From Octopus sinensis (taxonomy: Eukaryota): a DNA stretch of 64,000 nt. The notes under the pieces are model-generated. The model did not search any database and was not told the DNA's origin. It saw only the letters and a list, made by a program, of their open reading frames with translations. Of this stretch, positions 14,147 through 28,131 are shown one piece after another. Location of the stretch: positions 24,180,001 through 24,244,000 of the forward strand of contig NC_043021.1 of the NCBI RefSeq assembly GCF_006345805.1, given 5' to 3'. Both the position numbers and the translations under genes were made by a program. Position 1 is the stretch's first letter. The number at the start of each line of letters is the position of its first letter.

Positions 14147-14584
14147 ATGTTTGTGGTTTATTCCTATTTGTGTGTACCTCTGACAGTGTGCGGTGTGTAA
14201 ATGATACTCTGAAGACATCATTACAAACATCTCATTTATTACAACTAGTGTTATTACAACCAAAATCATGTTCATCTTGCGCAATTTCATCATTGTCATT
14301 ATTGTACACCACAACAACAAGAGAAACATTATCTGTATTATGATGATTTTTATTTATATTTATACACACGTAAATTGATAGATTTTTCTACTGAAAACAA
14401 AAAGAAAACAAAAATCGAACAAATACAATAAAATGAGACTTCATTCCAACCAGTCACAACAAATGATAATCACAGTAATAATATACATACATCAATAATA
14501 AATGTATAGATAATACAGATTTACTGTTGTTACTATTATTGATATTATTATTATTATTGTTATTGATATTGTTAAATATATGTA

Positions 14585-14640
<56 letters not shown>

Positions 14641-14747
14641 TATATGCATATGTATATATATGCATATATGTGTTTATGTATGTTTGTATGTATGTATGTA
14701 TAAGAGTGAGTTTTCCTTAGAACTTCAAAGTTAACTATCTATTTATG

Positions 14748-14781
<34 letters not shown>

Positions 14782-15158
14782 CCTACACATATACGCATAA
14801 ATATATACATATATACATACATATATATACACATATACATACACACAAATATATATACATATATATATACATATATATAAATACATATATATACATATAC
14901 ACACACACATATATATATACATATATATACAGACATATATATACATACATATATACATACATAAACATACATACATATACATACATATATATAAACATAC
15001 ATACATATATATATATAAACATGCATACATATACATACATATACATATATATATAAACATACATATATATAATACTTACTTATACACACACACACATATA
15101 TATATATATATTTATATTATATTGTATATCTATTATATATATATATAATATATAGATA

Positions 15159-15194
<36 letters not shown>

Positions 15195-15212
15195 CTGTGT
15201 GTGTGTAATATA

Positions 15213-15255
<43 letters not shown>

Positions 15256-15287
15256 CGAAATAAGCAATGAGAATATCTTCGGTAATT

Positions 15288-15371
15288 TGGTACGATCGTT
15301 TCACGCTACATCATTTTATTAAATATTGTAAGTATTACAACAGTTTTAAAATGTTGAGCAATCATCAGCCA
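15288..15371 (-). ncRNA. Type I hammerhead ribozyme in a short (TA)n-embedded element (~15251-15430)
   Basis: Minus strand TGG-CTGATGA-[TTGCT...long hairpin...AGCGT]-GAAA-CGATCG-TA^CCA; palindromic helix III; helix I only 3 bp. Confidence 0.7.
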
Positions 15372-15503
15372 TCTATAGAGATTTTCCATTATTACATATA
15401 CATATTTTCATATTAATTGATAACATACATATATATTGTTAATGAGTGCGATGGATCTGAAGGCTACATATATTTCATAGCAGAACCTCAGAAGTAATAA
15501 TTA

Positions 15504-15850
15504 CTAGGTAGGTACATCTAGGACTGTTGAGAGGAAGAGATCCAGTTGTGCTTTGAAAACAACAAAATCAACTTTGTGTAGGTCCCTCAGGTTCTTTGGG
15601 AAAATATCAAACGCTGTGGGTCCTTGAAATCCAGGCTGTTGCAGTAACTGGTCTTGAAGAGCGACAACATTGCTGGGATCTTTGGCACTATACAGTGCGA
15701 CCCATTCTGGCATTGGTGTAGCTTTCAATCCCCAAATTCGGCACTATCCTTTCCAGGATCTTTCAGATGTATATTATTGCATATTTCTCCCGTCTTCGCT
15801 TCTGGAAGTAGACTTAGCTGTTTCAGCCTTTTCCATTAGCTGAGTTGTTG
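15504..15850 (-). mobile_element. CR1-type LINE 3' relic
   Basis: FQGPTAFDIFPKNLRDLH...FKAQLDLFLSTVLDVP resembles the GP.LFN.LP..LR...FK..LD..L C-terminus of CR1-group ORF2. Confidence 0.7.
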
Positions 15851-15890
15851 CAATGAGACGATCTTATATATATGTATATATATATACATA

Positions 15891-15956
<66 letters not shown>

Positions 15957-16433
15957 ATATATATATATATATATATATGTATAATGTATGTATATATATG
16001 TATATATATATATATGTATTTATATGTATATGTATACATATATGTATTTATATGTATATATATGTATATGTATACATATATGTATTTATATGTATATATA
16101 TATATGTATATTATAGATGTATACATGCATATGTATATATATATATGTATATATATAATATATATATATATGTATATATGTATATATATACATATATATG
16201 TATGTATATATATATATATATGTATGTGTGAGTATCTGTGTGCGTTCGTGTGTGTGTACGTAAGTGTATGTCCGCACACATATGTAGGTATATATATTTA
16301 TGTGTGTGTGCGTGCGCGAGCGCATGTGCATGTTTGTATATATACATCCAATACCCGTAGATAACTTAACGGGGTAAATCCTGAGTTAATGTCCAAATAT
16401 GAGATTATTATTGTATGTATGTATATTCATATA

Positions 16434-16472
<39 letters not shown>

Positions 16473-16612
16473 ATATATTATATATAATATATTATATGTA
16501 AATCATGGCAGTGATACCAGACGAAACTGTTAGCGGCATTTTGTAACCTTGTACATTCTAATTTCGAATTACACACATGACGACTTTGTTTTCTTTCTTT
16601 CGGTCTTTCGAT

Positions 16613-16712
16613 NNNNNNNNNNNNNNNNNNNNNNNNNNNNNNNNNNNNNNNNNNNNNNNNNNNNNNNNNNNNNNNNNNNNNNNNNNNNNNNNNNNNNNNN
16701 NNNNNNNNNNNN
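16613..16712. other. Assembly gap (100 N)
   Basis: Run of N. Confidence 1.
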
Positions 16713-17400
16713 TCACGCCTCATCGATCTGCTTAAGCGTTTTCAGCTGGCAGATCGTTACAGACTTGAGCACCCGAGCGTCCCACTATGGGCCTGGATGA
16801 ATGGCGACGGGAAGCTCAATTCTTACTTAGACAGGTTAGTTATAAGGATTAGAGATAAGTCTAACTTTAGCTGTCCACAGTTTGTTCAAGTCGCCTACAC
16901 TAACCATAAAATGGTTAAGTATAGGCTGAACATAGATAGTGCCTATAGACAGGGATCCGGCTAGTGGAAGCCGAACAAGTCTATTTTGGCTAATGAGGCA
17001 TACCGTAACCGGATTAAGGAGTTAGTGAAAAGGACGTTAACCAGCACCGTGGTGAATAACCGGTAGTGGTTTGCCCTAAACAGAGCCATACGTTTTGAGT
17101 CGATTAGATTTAGCCATCAGCTAAATTTAGATAAGGCTAGGATACAAGAGGCGTTGAGATTGGACTCTACGTCCGAAATTTTGGCAGCGAGAACGGCCTT
17201 GGGCCGTTACCTCAAAGTCGAACATGTGGGATGCAGGGTTCGGGCTAAAGTACGGGCATTGGGCCACAAGGGAATTAATGTTGTGTGGTGGGCCCGTACA
17301 GACAGCGTAGCAACGATGCCATAATCAGGTCTTTGATTAACGAAAATGGACGTTTGGTCAAAAGGACAGGAGGTGTGTGAGGTACTTTGCAGCACTTCGC
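16713..17400 (+). pseudogene. L1/Tx1-clade LINE ORF2 fragment (end of APE endonuclease and linker)
   Basis: Frame from 16713 reads LADRYRLEHPSVPLWAWMNGDGKLNSYLDR...YTNHKMV...GSG*WKPNKSIL, matching L1/Tx1 APE motifs (D..R..HP, S.LDR, DH, G.G.WK.N.S.L); in-frame stops. Confidence 0.8.
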
Positions 17401-17659
17401 CGTGTAGTTCGGGAGGGGCGGGACGCTAGACCATGGTGGAGCTCTATGAGACTACCTGGCTGGTGGCCCGCGTCTCTCGGCACGAGAAGCTGAGTGCTGT
17501 GAGGGGCCGACTACAGCTGCTGAGGTGATTGAGGCGCTATCCGTGTGCCTCGGGCACAAGTTGCTGTTAGGTGTAGTGTACAGAAATTGTATATTGAGAA
17601 AAAAAGTCGTCAGAATTTTGGAAAAAAAAATCTTTTTATTTCTTCATTATTATTAGGGC

Positions 17660-18140
17660 TTTCGTTCGTTTCTCGAACCATCACATTTGCTAAAAACTTC
17701 GTATCTGAGCATAACCCTTTGTCATTTTTCTTCTTAGAATTCTTGTTCTTCGATAAAGTTTTTTCTCACCAGAGAAGAACAAATAAATGTCCTTTTCGTG
17801 AGGATTTTTAACCTTGTTAAGTAAACGCTTGGCACGAATCAAAAGTTTTCCTGTGTCTTTACAGACATCAGTTGATCTCTCTTCCGTACATACAACTTGT
17901 ATCGAATGTCCTCATGGATCACAGTTGCGATAGTTCACTTCGACGCCTGAAGTTCTTTGGCGATTTTCCGGGATCGCAATCGATAATATTTTGGATCTGT
18001 AGGATGAATTAATTGTATGTCCATATAAGGTCTGAACGTTTAGAATGACTTCTCTCTTTGATAATAAAACATTCCTACCAGAGGCTTCTAGTTCCATCAA
18101 CACCCCATGAACAAAAGCTCTTGTAACATTTAGTAAGTTG
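17660..18140 (-). pseudogene. Tc1/mariner (maT-like) transposase relic
   Basis: Minus-strand pieces RKIAKELQ, VIHEDIRYK, RAKRLLNKVK, FFSGEKNF, TKFLANVMV. Confidence 0.7.
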
Positions 18141-18284
18141 GCAATTTTTAAATCGTTATGTTCTACAGATATGGGAACAATGACTGCATGCAGCTACACA
18201 CATACATACAGAAAGACATTTATAGACAAGCATACACGCGGTGATATGGTACATTTATACACACCCACACACATTCTCTTAACC

Positions 18285-18390
<106 letters not shown>

Positions 18391-18543
18391 ACATGGGTAC
18401 ACACTTAACGATATATATATATGCATCATATTAGGTCAGTTATTTTGATTCGTTTATCAATAATCAATCAATAAACACGTCTCCGATACCGGAGGTAGAC
18501 TTTATCATATTCTGCCCTGGTATTATCTCTCACTCACTCAATC

Positions 18544-18590
<47 letters not shown>

Positions 18591-19458
18591 GCATCTCTCT
18601 ATCCACCTACCTACCTATATAACTATTTACCGCCAGCCCTATCAACCTAACAACGAACACACATATATACCAAGCTATCTATCTATCTAGCTGTGTGTAT
18701 GTGTGGTGTGTGTGTGTGTGTGTATGTGTGTGCGTGTGTGTGTGTGTGCGTGTATGTATACACACACGTATCCAAATGTTTCTGATGTACAACGGTGTTC
18801 GATTACATAAGCCAATCCACATATCACGAAACATGGACGCCACAATGAGCGAAGTTAAATAAACAGTGTTTTATCTGTCCATGGACAGGAAGTGAAGCAT
18901 GATGTTTCCAGCCGACTGCAAACTCCATTTCGATGATGTGACGGTGGCGAGCTGTCTATGTGTCTATGAATAATTAGAAAGGTTGTTGTTTCTTTGCCTG
19001 GGGTCAGCCCTAATGAAGAAAAACCTATCTATCACAGACTTGTATATCCCGCAGTCCTGCTACGTGCAGGGATAAAACAATACCAGATTATTCAGCATGT
19101 TCCTAAATGTAAAAGGGAAAACAAAATGGCAAAACACAACAGGATGTGATATTAGAGGGATTTGACTGATATCTCTAGTATACCAAACAACCACGTAGGA
19201 GCCTCTCGTTGTCCCGTCTTTGTGACGTCCAATACATTTACAGTTTTATTTATTTAATTCGACCACGCACACGCCGACAGAAGCAAAACGGGTAGAAGAG
19301 ACCATAAAGGACTGTTTCATGGTCACTTGACCGCTCTTGAGAATGTACAAACAAATTTTCTTCCCTGGTCGATAGCTTAGAATATTCAGCTCTTTTTATA
19401 AAGCAGTATGTAATTAAGCGATTACCATATATTTGTACATTCGATGCTTCCTTTATAG

Positions 19459-19503
<45 letters not shown>

Positions 19504-19506
19504 CTA

Positions 19507-19544
<38 letters not shown>

Positions 19545-19624
19545 TTATAAATATATATATATATATAAATAATATATATAACTTAAATAATATATATATA
19601 AATATATAAATATATATATATCTT

Positions 19625-19677
<53 letters not shown>

Positions 19678-19681
19678 AAAT

Positions 19682-19714
<33 letters not shown>

Positions 19715-19762
19715 ATATATTATATATATATATAAATATATATATATAAAATATATATATAT

Positions 19763-19817
<55 letters not shown>

Positions 19818-20039
19818 TTATATATATAGTTCTTTTCATGAACTCTTCCGCTAGAATATATATATATTATAAATAAAGAGAGAGAGAGAGAGAGAGATGG
19901 TGAGTGTTTTGGAAATTCCTTGATACAGTTATGATATTTGGAGAGAACATTTTTTTTCTGAAAGAGTTAAGAGTTAAGATTGAGAAAACAACCTCTTTAG
20001 AAAGTCGATAGTCGAAAGAAACTAACATTTGGGAAGAGA

Positions 20040-20915
20040 TTTCACAAAATGTATGTAAGCTTTGTTTTTATAAATGTTAGTTGCATCGTGGGCATGTGAT
20101 ACAATATATCAGGGTTTTGCTTTTGTAATTCATAGTTGCATTCACCTTTAATCCTTTTTCCATTCTTGAATCTTTCGGTTGGTCCCTGTTCTATTAGATC
20201 ACATGCCCCACATCGGGGGTGGGGTGTCACCACATTTGGTAACTTGCATCATTTCCTCTGGTGTGAATCTTTCTTTGGTTAGAAGTTTGTTAAGGTTTGG
20301 TGGTTGCCTTCGGCTGTTGATTATCTATTGTTCCTTGGTTATTTGTTGGGGACATGGGGATTGGTGTAGAATCATCATCATCATTGTTCGACCGTGGTCG
20401 AGACAATGGAATTTACCATGATACGCCAGACTTCACGGTCTATCATAGCATTACGGATGTCCTGTTGCTGGATGCCTGTATCCCTGGAGATTACATCAGG
20501 GTAGGAGAGTGTGCGCTCTCTGGTATCGCGAGTAGATGGCTTCCAGAGGAGAAGAGGAGAAATTGCCTCGTTTTCAGCTCTACAACAATGTCCAGCAAAC
20601 TGGACTCTCCTACCTTTCACAAGAGATGACACAGGTGGTAGTTTACCATATATTTGCATTTTGGATGATGCTTCCACGAGAGATTTTGAGCTCTCATAAG
20701 GAGGCGAGTGTAGGTTCCATCCAACCGCCTCTCAAGCTTCTTTGATAACGTCCAGGTTTCTGAGCCATATAGTAGAATTGGTTCGACTGTGGCTTTGAAG
20801 ATTTTAAGTTTGAAGTCTCTACTTAGAATAGGTAGAAGGTTTTTGGCTGTTTGTAGAATATTGTGGTTTTTGGAATTGTGAGTGATAACAAATGGAATAT
20901 TTTTATGTTCATTTT
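20040..20915 (-). pseudogene. Penelope-like element fragment (thumb/linker and start of GIY-YIG region), split by an RTE insertion
   Basis: IPFVITHN...KNLLPIL|HQSP...IINSRRQPPNLNKLLTKERF...KCGD...RCGACDLI...FKNGK; frame rejoins when 20373-20829 is removed. Confidence 0.75.
20373..20823 (-). mobile_element. RTE LINE 3' fragment with (TGA)n tail
   Basis: KLKIFKATVEPILLYGSETWTL...RRVQFAGHC...AMIDREVWR; TSD TAGAAT at 20367-20372 and 20824-20829. Confidence 0.9.
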
Positions 20916-21240
20916 TCGAAATCAACTGGCAAAACCATGAACCAAAGAATATTCCGCGTAAATTCCGACTCCCCTATATGAATTCGGAGTCAAATAGAGT
21001 AACTCAGATTCGTTTAATCTTATTTCATAAGATTTCTGAGTCCGAAACTTAACCGGAAATAGTCAACAACAATTTTACTGAAAGCAACTTCCATTATATA
21101 TAATAGCACGTGCTTGAAAACTTTAAAACTGAAAGCGCTTGCACATTTATAAAAGCAAAACCTACACACATTTTGTGAAATGTCTTCCCAAAGGTTAGTG
21201 TCTTTCGCAATTTTAACTCTTTGAGAAAAAATCTTTTCTC

Positions 21241-21272
<32 letters not shown>

Positions 21273-21276
<4 letters not shown>

Positions 21277-21665
21277 TAATTGCGATTCTGTTGAATGAGG
21301 TACTTAAGTTGAAGCACCAAAATTAGTGCGGTATTATCCGTACAACTCAAAGCAAGGTAAATAAAATCAAAATAAACAACAGGATATCCAGAGTGATGCA
21401 GTACGACCGTTTCAAGCAGCTCCATTTAATTTAACAATGCAATCATTACATCAATTTTAATGCGAGGCTATTCCCAGCTGCATAAATAAATAGAATTTTT
21501 TAATCAGTCAGCTACATTAATATAATTTTACTTAAATTAATATGTCCGACTGATTAAAAATTTATATTTACTTATTTATGCAACTGATGTAATGATTGCA
21601 TTGTTCAATTAAATGGAGCCGCTGGAAACGGTCGTACCTCTAGATATCCTGTTGCTTATTTTGAT

Positions 21666-21668
<3 letters not shown>
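21273..21668. mobile_element. Palindromic (TA)n-inserted element with decayed hammerheads on both arms
   Basis: ~21360-21525 is an imperfect inverted repeat of ~21535-21668; minus-strand 21396-21483 reads ATGCAG-CTGGGAA-...-GAAA-CGGTCG-TA^CTGCAT (core mutated). Confidence 0.7.
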
Positions 21669-21726
<58 letters not shown>

Positions 21727-21737
21727 TAAATACATAT

Positions 21738-22820
21738 ATCAAGTTGGCAAGAAATTAATTATGTTTTTCGCAAATAGATAGAGTTACGATTTTTTTAATG
21801 ACTTTTGTCAATGTTATGATTTTTTCATTTTGACGTGTGACAGCCGTTACTTTTAGCTTGCTTTAGAAGCAAATTGCGCGAAATTTTGTTTACAGCTGTT
21901 AGCTCACTGCCAATTTTATCATGGGGTGCAAAACGATTTTTTTCGCCTTATTTTATCTCTTTATTTCCGTAAAGGCAAGAAAGTTTATGGTGTTGATTGA
22001 TGTCAGATATTGTTTAAAAAATTCCGTTCTGGAAATCTTTCACTCAAAGATGTTTAACATTCTGGTTGACCTACCGAAGTTGATGATGGCCGAATCAAAG
22101 CCAATATTGAATCTGATTCTTTTCTACTCTAGGCACTAGGCCCGAAATTTTGGAGGAAGGGGCCTGTACGCAACTGATACTTAATTTATTGACCCCGAAA
22201 GGATGAACGGCAAAGGCAACCTTGGTGGAATTTGAACTCAGAAAGTAGCGACGGGCGAAATACCGCCAGGCATTTCGCCCGTCCTGCTTACGTTTCTGCC
22301 AGCTCGTCGCCTTGATGGAACCTTTGTTTTGTTGATTTGTCCAGTTTCGAACTTACCCCGATCATGTCAAGTCAAAACCTCACATGATCTTTTCTCGCTG
22401 AGAGTGATCACCATTGTGCCTTCTTTTCTTTTTTTTCTATTAATATGATTGTCATATAACTTTGTGAGAAATTGCAGAAAGAGTAAATGCATCACACAAC
22501 AATAGAAAAATCACTTAAAGTGTCTTGGACTCGTTAAGAAGCTTGATGTTTGGATTCCACATAAATTGAAAGAGATTCACTTAACACAACGAATCAATAT
22601 TTGCGATGTGTATCTCAAACGCAATGAAATCGACCTTTTTTGAAACGAATCGTCTCTGGTAACGGAAAATGGATTGTCTACAATAACATCAATTGAAAAC
22701 GATAATGATCCAAGCGTAACGAACCAGCACAAACCACACCGAAAGCTGAATTGCATAAAAAAAGTTATGCTGTCAATTTGGTGGGATTACAAAGGTGTTA
22801 TGCATGTTGAGCTGCTTCCG
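21738..22820 (+). pseudogene. Decayed mariner element interrupted by a SINE family 2 fragment (~22120-22312)
   Basis: FKKFRSGN, KKLDVWIPHKL, KWIVYNN, KKVMLSIWWDYKGV. Confidence 0.85.
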
Positions 22821-22929
22821 GTCTTCTTAAACAGTTGGCGTTCAGTAGGTAGCTTTCGCAGGATGCTACCCGGCAGCAAATGCGCTTATAAAGAAAACTC
22901 ATATGTAATATATGTTCGAACAATATATG

Positions 22930-23319
22930 TTTTAGTCATTTGACTGTGGCCATGCTGGAGCACCGCTTTTAGTCGAGCAAATCGACCCCAGGACTTATTC
23001 TTTGTAAGCCTAGTACTTATTCTATCGGTCTCTTTTGCAGAACCGCTAAGTTACTGGGAGGTAAACACACCAGCATCGGTTGTCAAGCAATGCTAGGGGG
23101 GACAAACACAGACACACAAACATATACACACACACATATATATATATACATATATACGATAGGCTTCTTTCAGTTTCCGTCTACCAAATCCACTCACAAG
23201 GCTTTGGTCGACCCGAGGCTATAGTAGAAGACACTTGCCCAAGGTGCCACGCAGTGGGACTGAACCCGGAACCATGTGGTTGGTACGCAAGCTACTTACC
23301 ACACAGCCACTCCTGCGCC
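22930..23319 (-). mobile_element. SINE family 1
   Basis: Reverse complement of 247-670. Confidence 0.9.
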
Positions 23320-24314
23320 TATAAGTACATCTTTTAAATTCATTTACGTGAAACAATCACAACCTAATGATGCTAACTGTTAAACCAGTTTTTTGTGGGG
23401 GCTGCATCGAACTGTTCCGATATAATGTAGGATAAATTAACATTTAATGGATCGCTACAGGCGTCTCCACAAGTAACGTGTTTTAAGATCACAGTCTGTG
23501 TAATACACTTTATATACATACATACTGGTACAAATTTCATTCAATAGCTTTCTCGTGTTTTAAACAAACAAATATATACGTATGCATGAATATATGTGTT
23601 TATGTACGCGCGTGTATGTTTGCTTGTTTTAAAAGTAATCAATGTAATGTATGTTGAAATTAAGTACGTATGTATGCATGTATGTGTGTATGTATGTATG
23701 TAGTACATATGTATGTATGCAAGTATGGATATGCATATAGCTATACATATGTGTGTGTGTCTGTACGTGTATAAATATACATATGCATCTGTCAACTGAA
23801 AACTAATTGAATCTATATATTTACAAATGTATTTACAGGAAAAACGTAATTAAAATTTCCTGTCGACTATTTTAGAGGCAGTTAATTGCAATTTTAATCA
23901 GAATAATGTTACTGTTAGTTATGATGACTGTGATGATGATAATGATGTTGATTAAGAGACGGTGGAAGAGAAAGAGTATGGGAATCGCGGTGGTGATGGA
24001 GATGTCGACAAAGCAGTTAACTATGACATTCGACATTTTGTTAGTAATACCGATAATAATATAATTACCGAACTAAACGAAAAGAAAACTGGATGACAAA
24101 TGGTGATGAGGATAAACAGAGCAGATCAAAATGAAAGAAAATTCAGCTAAATAAACTCTTAACTTCACAATCTTCATTTTCTTCTTCTCCCTTTATATAT
24201 ATATATATACATACTAAAATGACACTTCAATTCGTGCTATATATGTTTCACGAGCATGGTAATTTATTACTTATTCATGCATACAATTACATTACGGCAT
24301 ACAGTCTAGGGTAC

Positions 24315-24392
<78 letters not shown>

Positions 24393-24393
<1 letters not shown>

Positions 24394-24490
24394 GAGGCGC
24401 AATGGCCCAGTGGTTAGGGCAGAGGACTCGCGGTTTCGATTCCCAGACCGGGCGTTGTGAGTGTTTATTGATCGAAAGCACCGAAAGCTC
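24393..24490 (+). mobile_element. SINE family 3, 5' fragment
   Basis: GGCGCAATGGCCCAGTGGTTAGG...GGTTTCGATTCCC; matches reverse complement of 40285-40376. Confidence 0.8.
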
Positions 24491-25400
24491 CAATCCCTGC
24501 TGTACTCACACAAACACACACACACTCACGCCTGGTGGCTTTGGTACACACACACACGCACCTCCCCAACCCCACACAACAATGATCCGTCATTGTTTTG
24601 ATCCTCGCTGTTCTGAATGCACACAGTAATATTGCTTCTAAGATGTCTGCCGTAGGATTTGTGTTAACGGTATAGCATCCTTTTGGATATGGTCAATGTG
24701 TAATACATCTCGCAAATGATAAAACAAAAGTGTTTTAAAAATTCTCCTCTCGTTTTTTTTCAATAAATAGATGTTCATGTACACACACAGACACACACGC
24801 CCAACCACCACCACACACACACTCATAAATGTCCCTAAATCTGAAGATCATCAATAAATCACGAAAAAATAAATGCTTGTATAATCCATCTTTCCTAAGT
24901 ATTAATAACTGTCCTAAGGAACTTAAAGGTGCGTTTGATTTTATGATTGAATTAAGAGGAAGAGAAGAATGAGGAAGAAAGGTGATTGCGGTTGCAGGAG
25001 GGAGGAGGGGAAGAGGAAGAACGAGAAAAAGAAGGAAACGAAAGAAGCAACGAATAAACAAAATAAAAAGAGGAAAGTATGAAAGGGAAGATGAAGAACA
25101 AAATAGAAAAAAGATAAAAAGAAGAGAAGAATAAAGTGAAGGAGGATAAGGAAATGGAGAGAGTTTGAGGAACATTTTGCCCAGATTATTGAGGAGAGAA
25201 GGCGGCAGAGATTTGATGATATTAATATTAGATTAACTTTGGCACAAAGCCAACAATTTTGGGGATCGAGTAAGTCTTCAACTGATACTTATTTCGTCGA
25301 CGCCGAAAGGTTGAAAAACAAATCCCTTCATAGCATTTGAACTCAGAATGTAAAGAATTTGTCCGGCGTGCAAACGGCTCTGCCAGCTCGCTGCCTTAAT

Positions 25401-25793
25401 ACTCTTTACTCTTTTACTTGTTTCAGTCATTTGACTGTGGCCATGCTGGAGCACCGCCTTTTAGTCGAGCAAATCGACCCCGGGACTTATTCTTTGTAAG
25501 CCCAGTACTTATTCTATCGGTCTCTTTTGCCGAACCGCTAAGTGACGGGGACGTAAACACACCAGCATCGGTTGTCAAGCAATGCTAGGGGGACAAACAC
25601 AGACACTCAAACATATGCAGAAACACATACAATATATATATATATATACATATATACGACAGGCTTCTTTCAGTTTCCGTCTACCAAATCCACTCACAAG
25701 GCATTGGTCGGCCCTATATGCCACGCAGTGGGACTGAACCCAGAACCATGTGGTTGGTTAGCAAGCTACTTACCACACAGCCACTCCCGCGCC
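25401..25793 (-). mobile_element. SINE family 1 (internal deletion), adjacent to a decayed family 2 copy at ~25240-25396
   Basis: Homology to 247-670. Confidence 0.9.
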
Positions 25794-27012
25794 TGTTAAT
25801 ATTATATTTATATTATATTAATAATGTGTTAATAATGTACACAATATTAAAAATATATTAAGAGCGATGTTGCTGGTTTTAGTAGCTCCCTCTCACCACT
25901 CATAAGTTAACCTTCAAAGGATTCGTGCAGATTTCTTTTTATCTCCTCTGCTCCTCATCTACTTTCTCTTTCTCTCTCTTCATTTTTCTTCTTTTTCGTT
26001 CCCATTTCATTAGATATTATTACTACTGCTTGTTTTGCCCGAGATAAATGAAAACATTGGTCTTCAAGAGATTCAACGACGTGTTTATTATCCCCCCAGA
26101 ATATGTAAATAAATAGATAAAATATCAGAGTTAGGCTCCCTTAGAAATGTTACAATTTATGACATTACGACGACGGAATTCAGCAATGAGAACACCTTTC
26201 CATGGCTGTTTCACGTAGAAACAATGTGAGGCTATAAATGTTATAAAACTAAAATTATTATGATTAAAATACTTTGTCGTTAGCGATGCAATCTAAGATG
26301 AGCTCCACTTGGAATTGATGCCGAGTTTCAAACCCAGCCAGAAGCTCCGGTTCCTCTTCTTAAAACCAATCATAGTCATAATAAGTATTTGATCTCAACA
26401 ATATAGGAACCCCAGTCAAAATGTCTTAATCCGGCTCACCTCCTCCCCATCTCTTCCCCTTCTTCTTCTCTTCCTCCTTTTCACACCCTCCTTCTTCCAC
26501 TTCTTTTTTTCGCTTCTTTTCTATTTATTTATTAGTTCTTTATTTAAGTTTCAATAGCATCCTCTCCTACCAAATTTGTGTAATCAGCTAAAATACCTGG
26601 GAAACCTTGCTTAAGGACTTACCAAGTCAATCACCACTTTTAGCAGGTCTCGTAGGACGAAATTTTTCTCTGATGATGATGCAAGTTTTGAACTCAGATC
26701 GCACAACACCAAAATAGATAACGTAAGACATCTACTTAAGACATTTACGTAAGACATCTTCCTAAAGTCTCATGTACAACCGCTAAACACTACTATATTT
26801 ATTGACACAGAAAGGATAAAAAGCAAAGAGGACTTAGACAGGGCTTCAAATCAGTGTAAACAAGCGGAACAAGTATAACGGGTATACTATGCCAGACTAT
26901 TTAAGCGTGACTCTAAAACGTGACTCTATAGCACGCAGGAGAGGTAAAACATCAGTAAGAGAAACAACCCAAAATGAAAAAGAAATTTTAAAAAAAGATA
27001 ATTATAAAGTCC

Positions 27013-27455
27013 GGATCTTTTCAGTTTGAACGGCAGTTTTTAACATAATTTCTAGGTAACTAAGAAATTTTTTAACTTCGTATACTGGTAGAATGTGTTT
27101 ATAAAACATTTTTTCTCTTGGCTTTATTGAGAAAATTCTATGGTTTGTAAGATATTTGTTGTATTTTTTTCTTCAATTTCTGCAATTTCAACTATTCAGT
27201 GACGTCTATTGAGTTAAAAAACATTCTGTGCCGTATGAATATGTCCCTCGTTTAAGAAACAGATTGGATTTATTTACATTTGTGAAGAAAAAAAGATACC
27301 CTTCCTCCACCCCTAACCATAACCCTAACTAACCCTAACTAACCCTAACCCTTAAACAGATTGAAATGCAATAGACCGATACTAGGGTCATAATTATGGG
27401 TGACAATTTCATATGACACCGCTAGAAAAATCTGCCGTTGAAACCGAAAAGATCC
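27013..27455. mobile_element. MITE with GGATCTTTTC TIR and 8-bp TSD (related to 2429-3316)
   Basis: TIR GGATCTTTTCAGTTTGAACGGCAG / CTGCCGTTGAAACCGAAAAGATCC; TSD TAAAGTCC at 27005-27012 and 27456-27463; shares AACTTCGTATACTGGTAGAATGTGT with the other MITE. Confidence 0.9.
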
Positions 27456-28131
27456 TAAAGTCCGAATCAATTTGAAGTATAAATATAGAGTAGAACGAAC
27501 GACAATCCTAATAATAATCGATTTCAGTTGCTCAACACCGACTTTTGCAAGGCTCGGTATTTAATGATATCGTTTTTATCGATCTCGTTGGAATACAAAA
27601 AGGAAAAAAATCAAAGTTACTATCTTTGACAAGAAACAAAAGCTAAAACTGGAGAAATTAATTCTGTCAAACATTTAATCCATTTACCCTCTTTGTTTGT
27701 CGGTTCCACTACCAACAGCCTTCGCTCTCAAAAGAACCTTTTTATAGGATTTAGTAAATAGGCATTTGCAAACCAAAAGTGCTTCAATTTTTTTTTAGTT
27801 TTTCTTAATAAATATGATCTTTCGATATACGTGATCGTTGTTCGTTATTATATTTTCTTTGTGAGATGCATTAACGTTAATATTCCGGCTACAAAATCTT
27901 AATGGTGATCCCCGATACAGATGAGGTAAAGGTTTCGATAAACTTTTTCGATACTAATAAGCCAATGCTACGAGAATATTTTTTTGTTTTTTTTCTGAAT
28001 TTATTCGGATATATTTCGGTCTTTAACATGTGTGTTAGTTGTTATCGAAGTTTATTGATCGATTAGCATTTTAGATGGGATCACAAAATGGAAACTGTGA
28101 TCGTAAATTTTTTGTAGAAAATCCATGTATA

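Noticed and set aside
14739-16364. Many YIYI/HTHT/CVCV ORFs (also 42004-42509 and 56353-57256)
   Set aside because: Translations of (TA)n, (CA)n and (TATC)n microsatellites, not genes.
27310-27352. True telomere or chromosome-fusion scar
   Set aside because: Short, degenerate and internal to a TIR element with a TSD.
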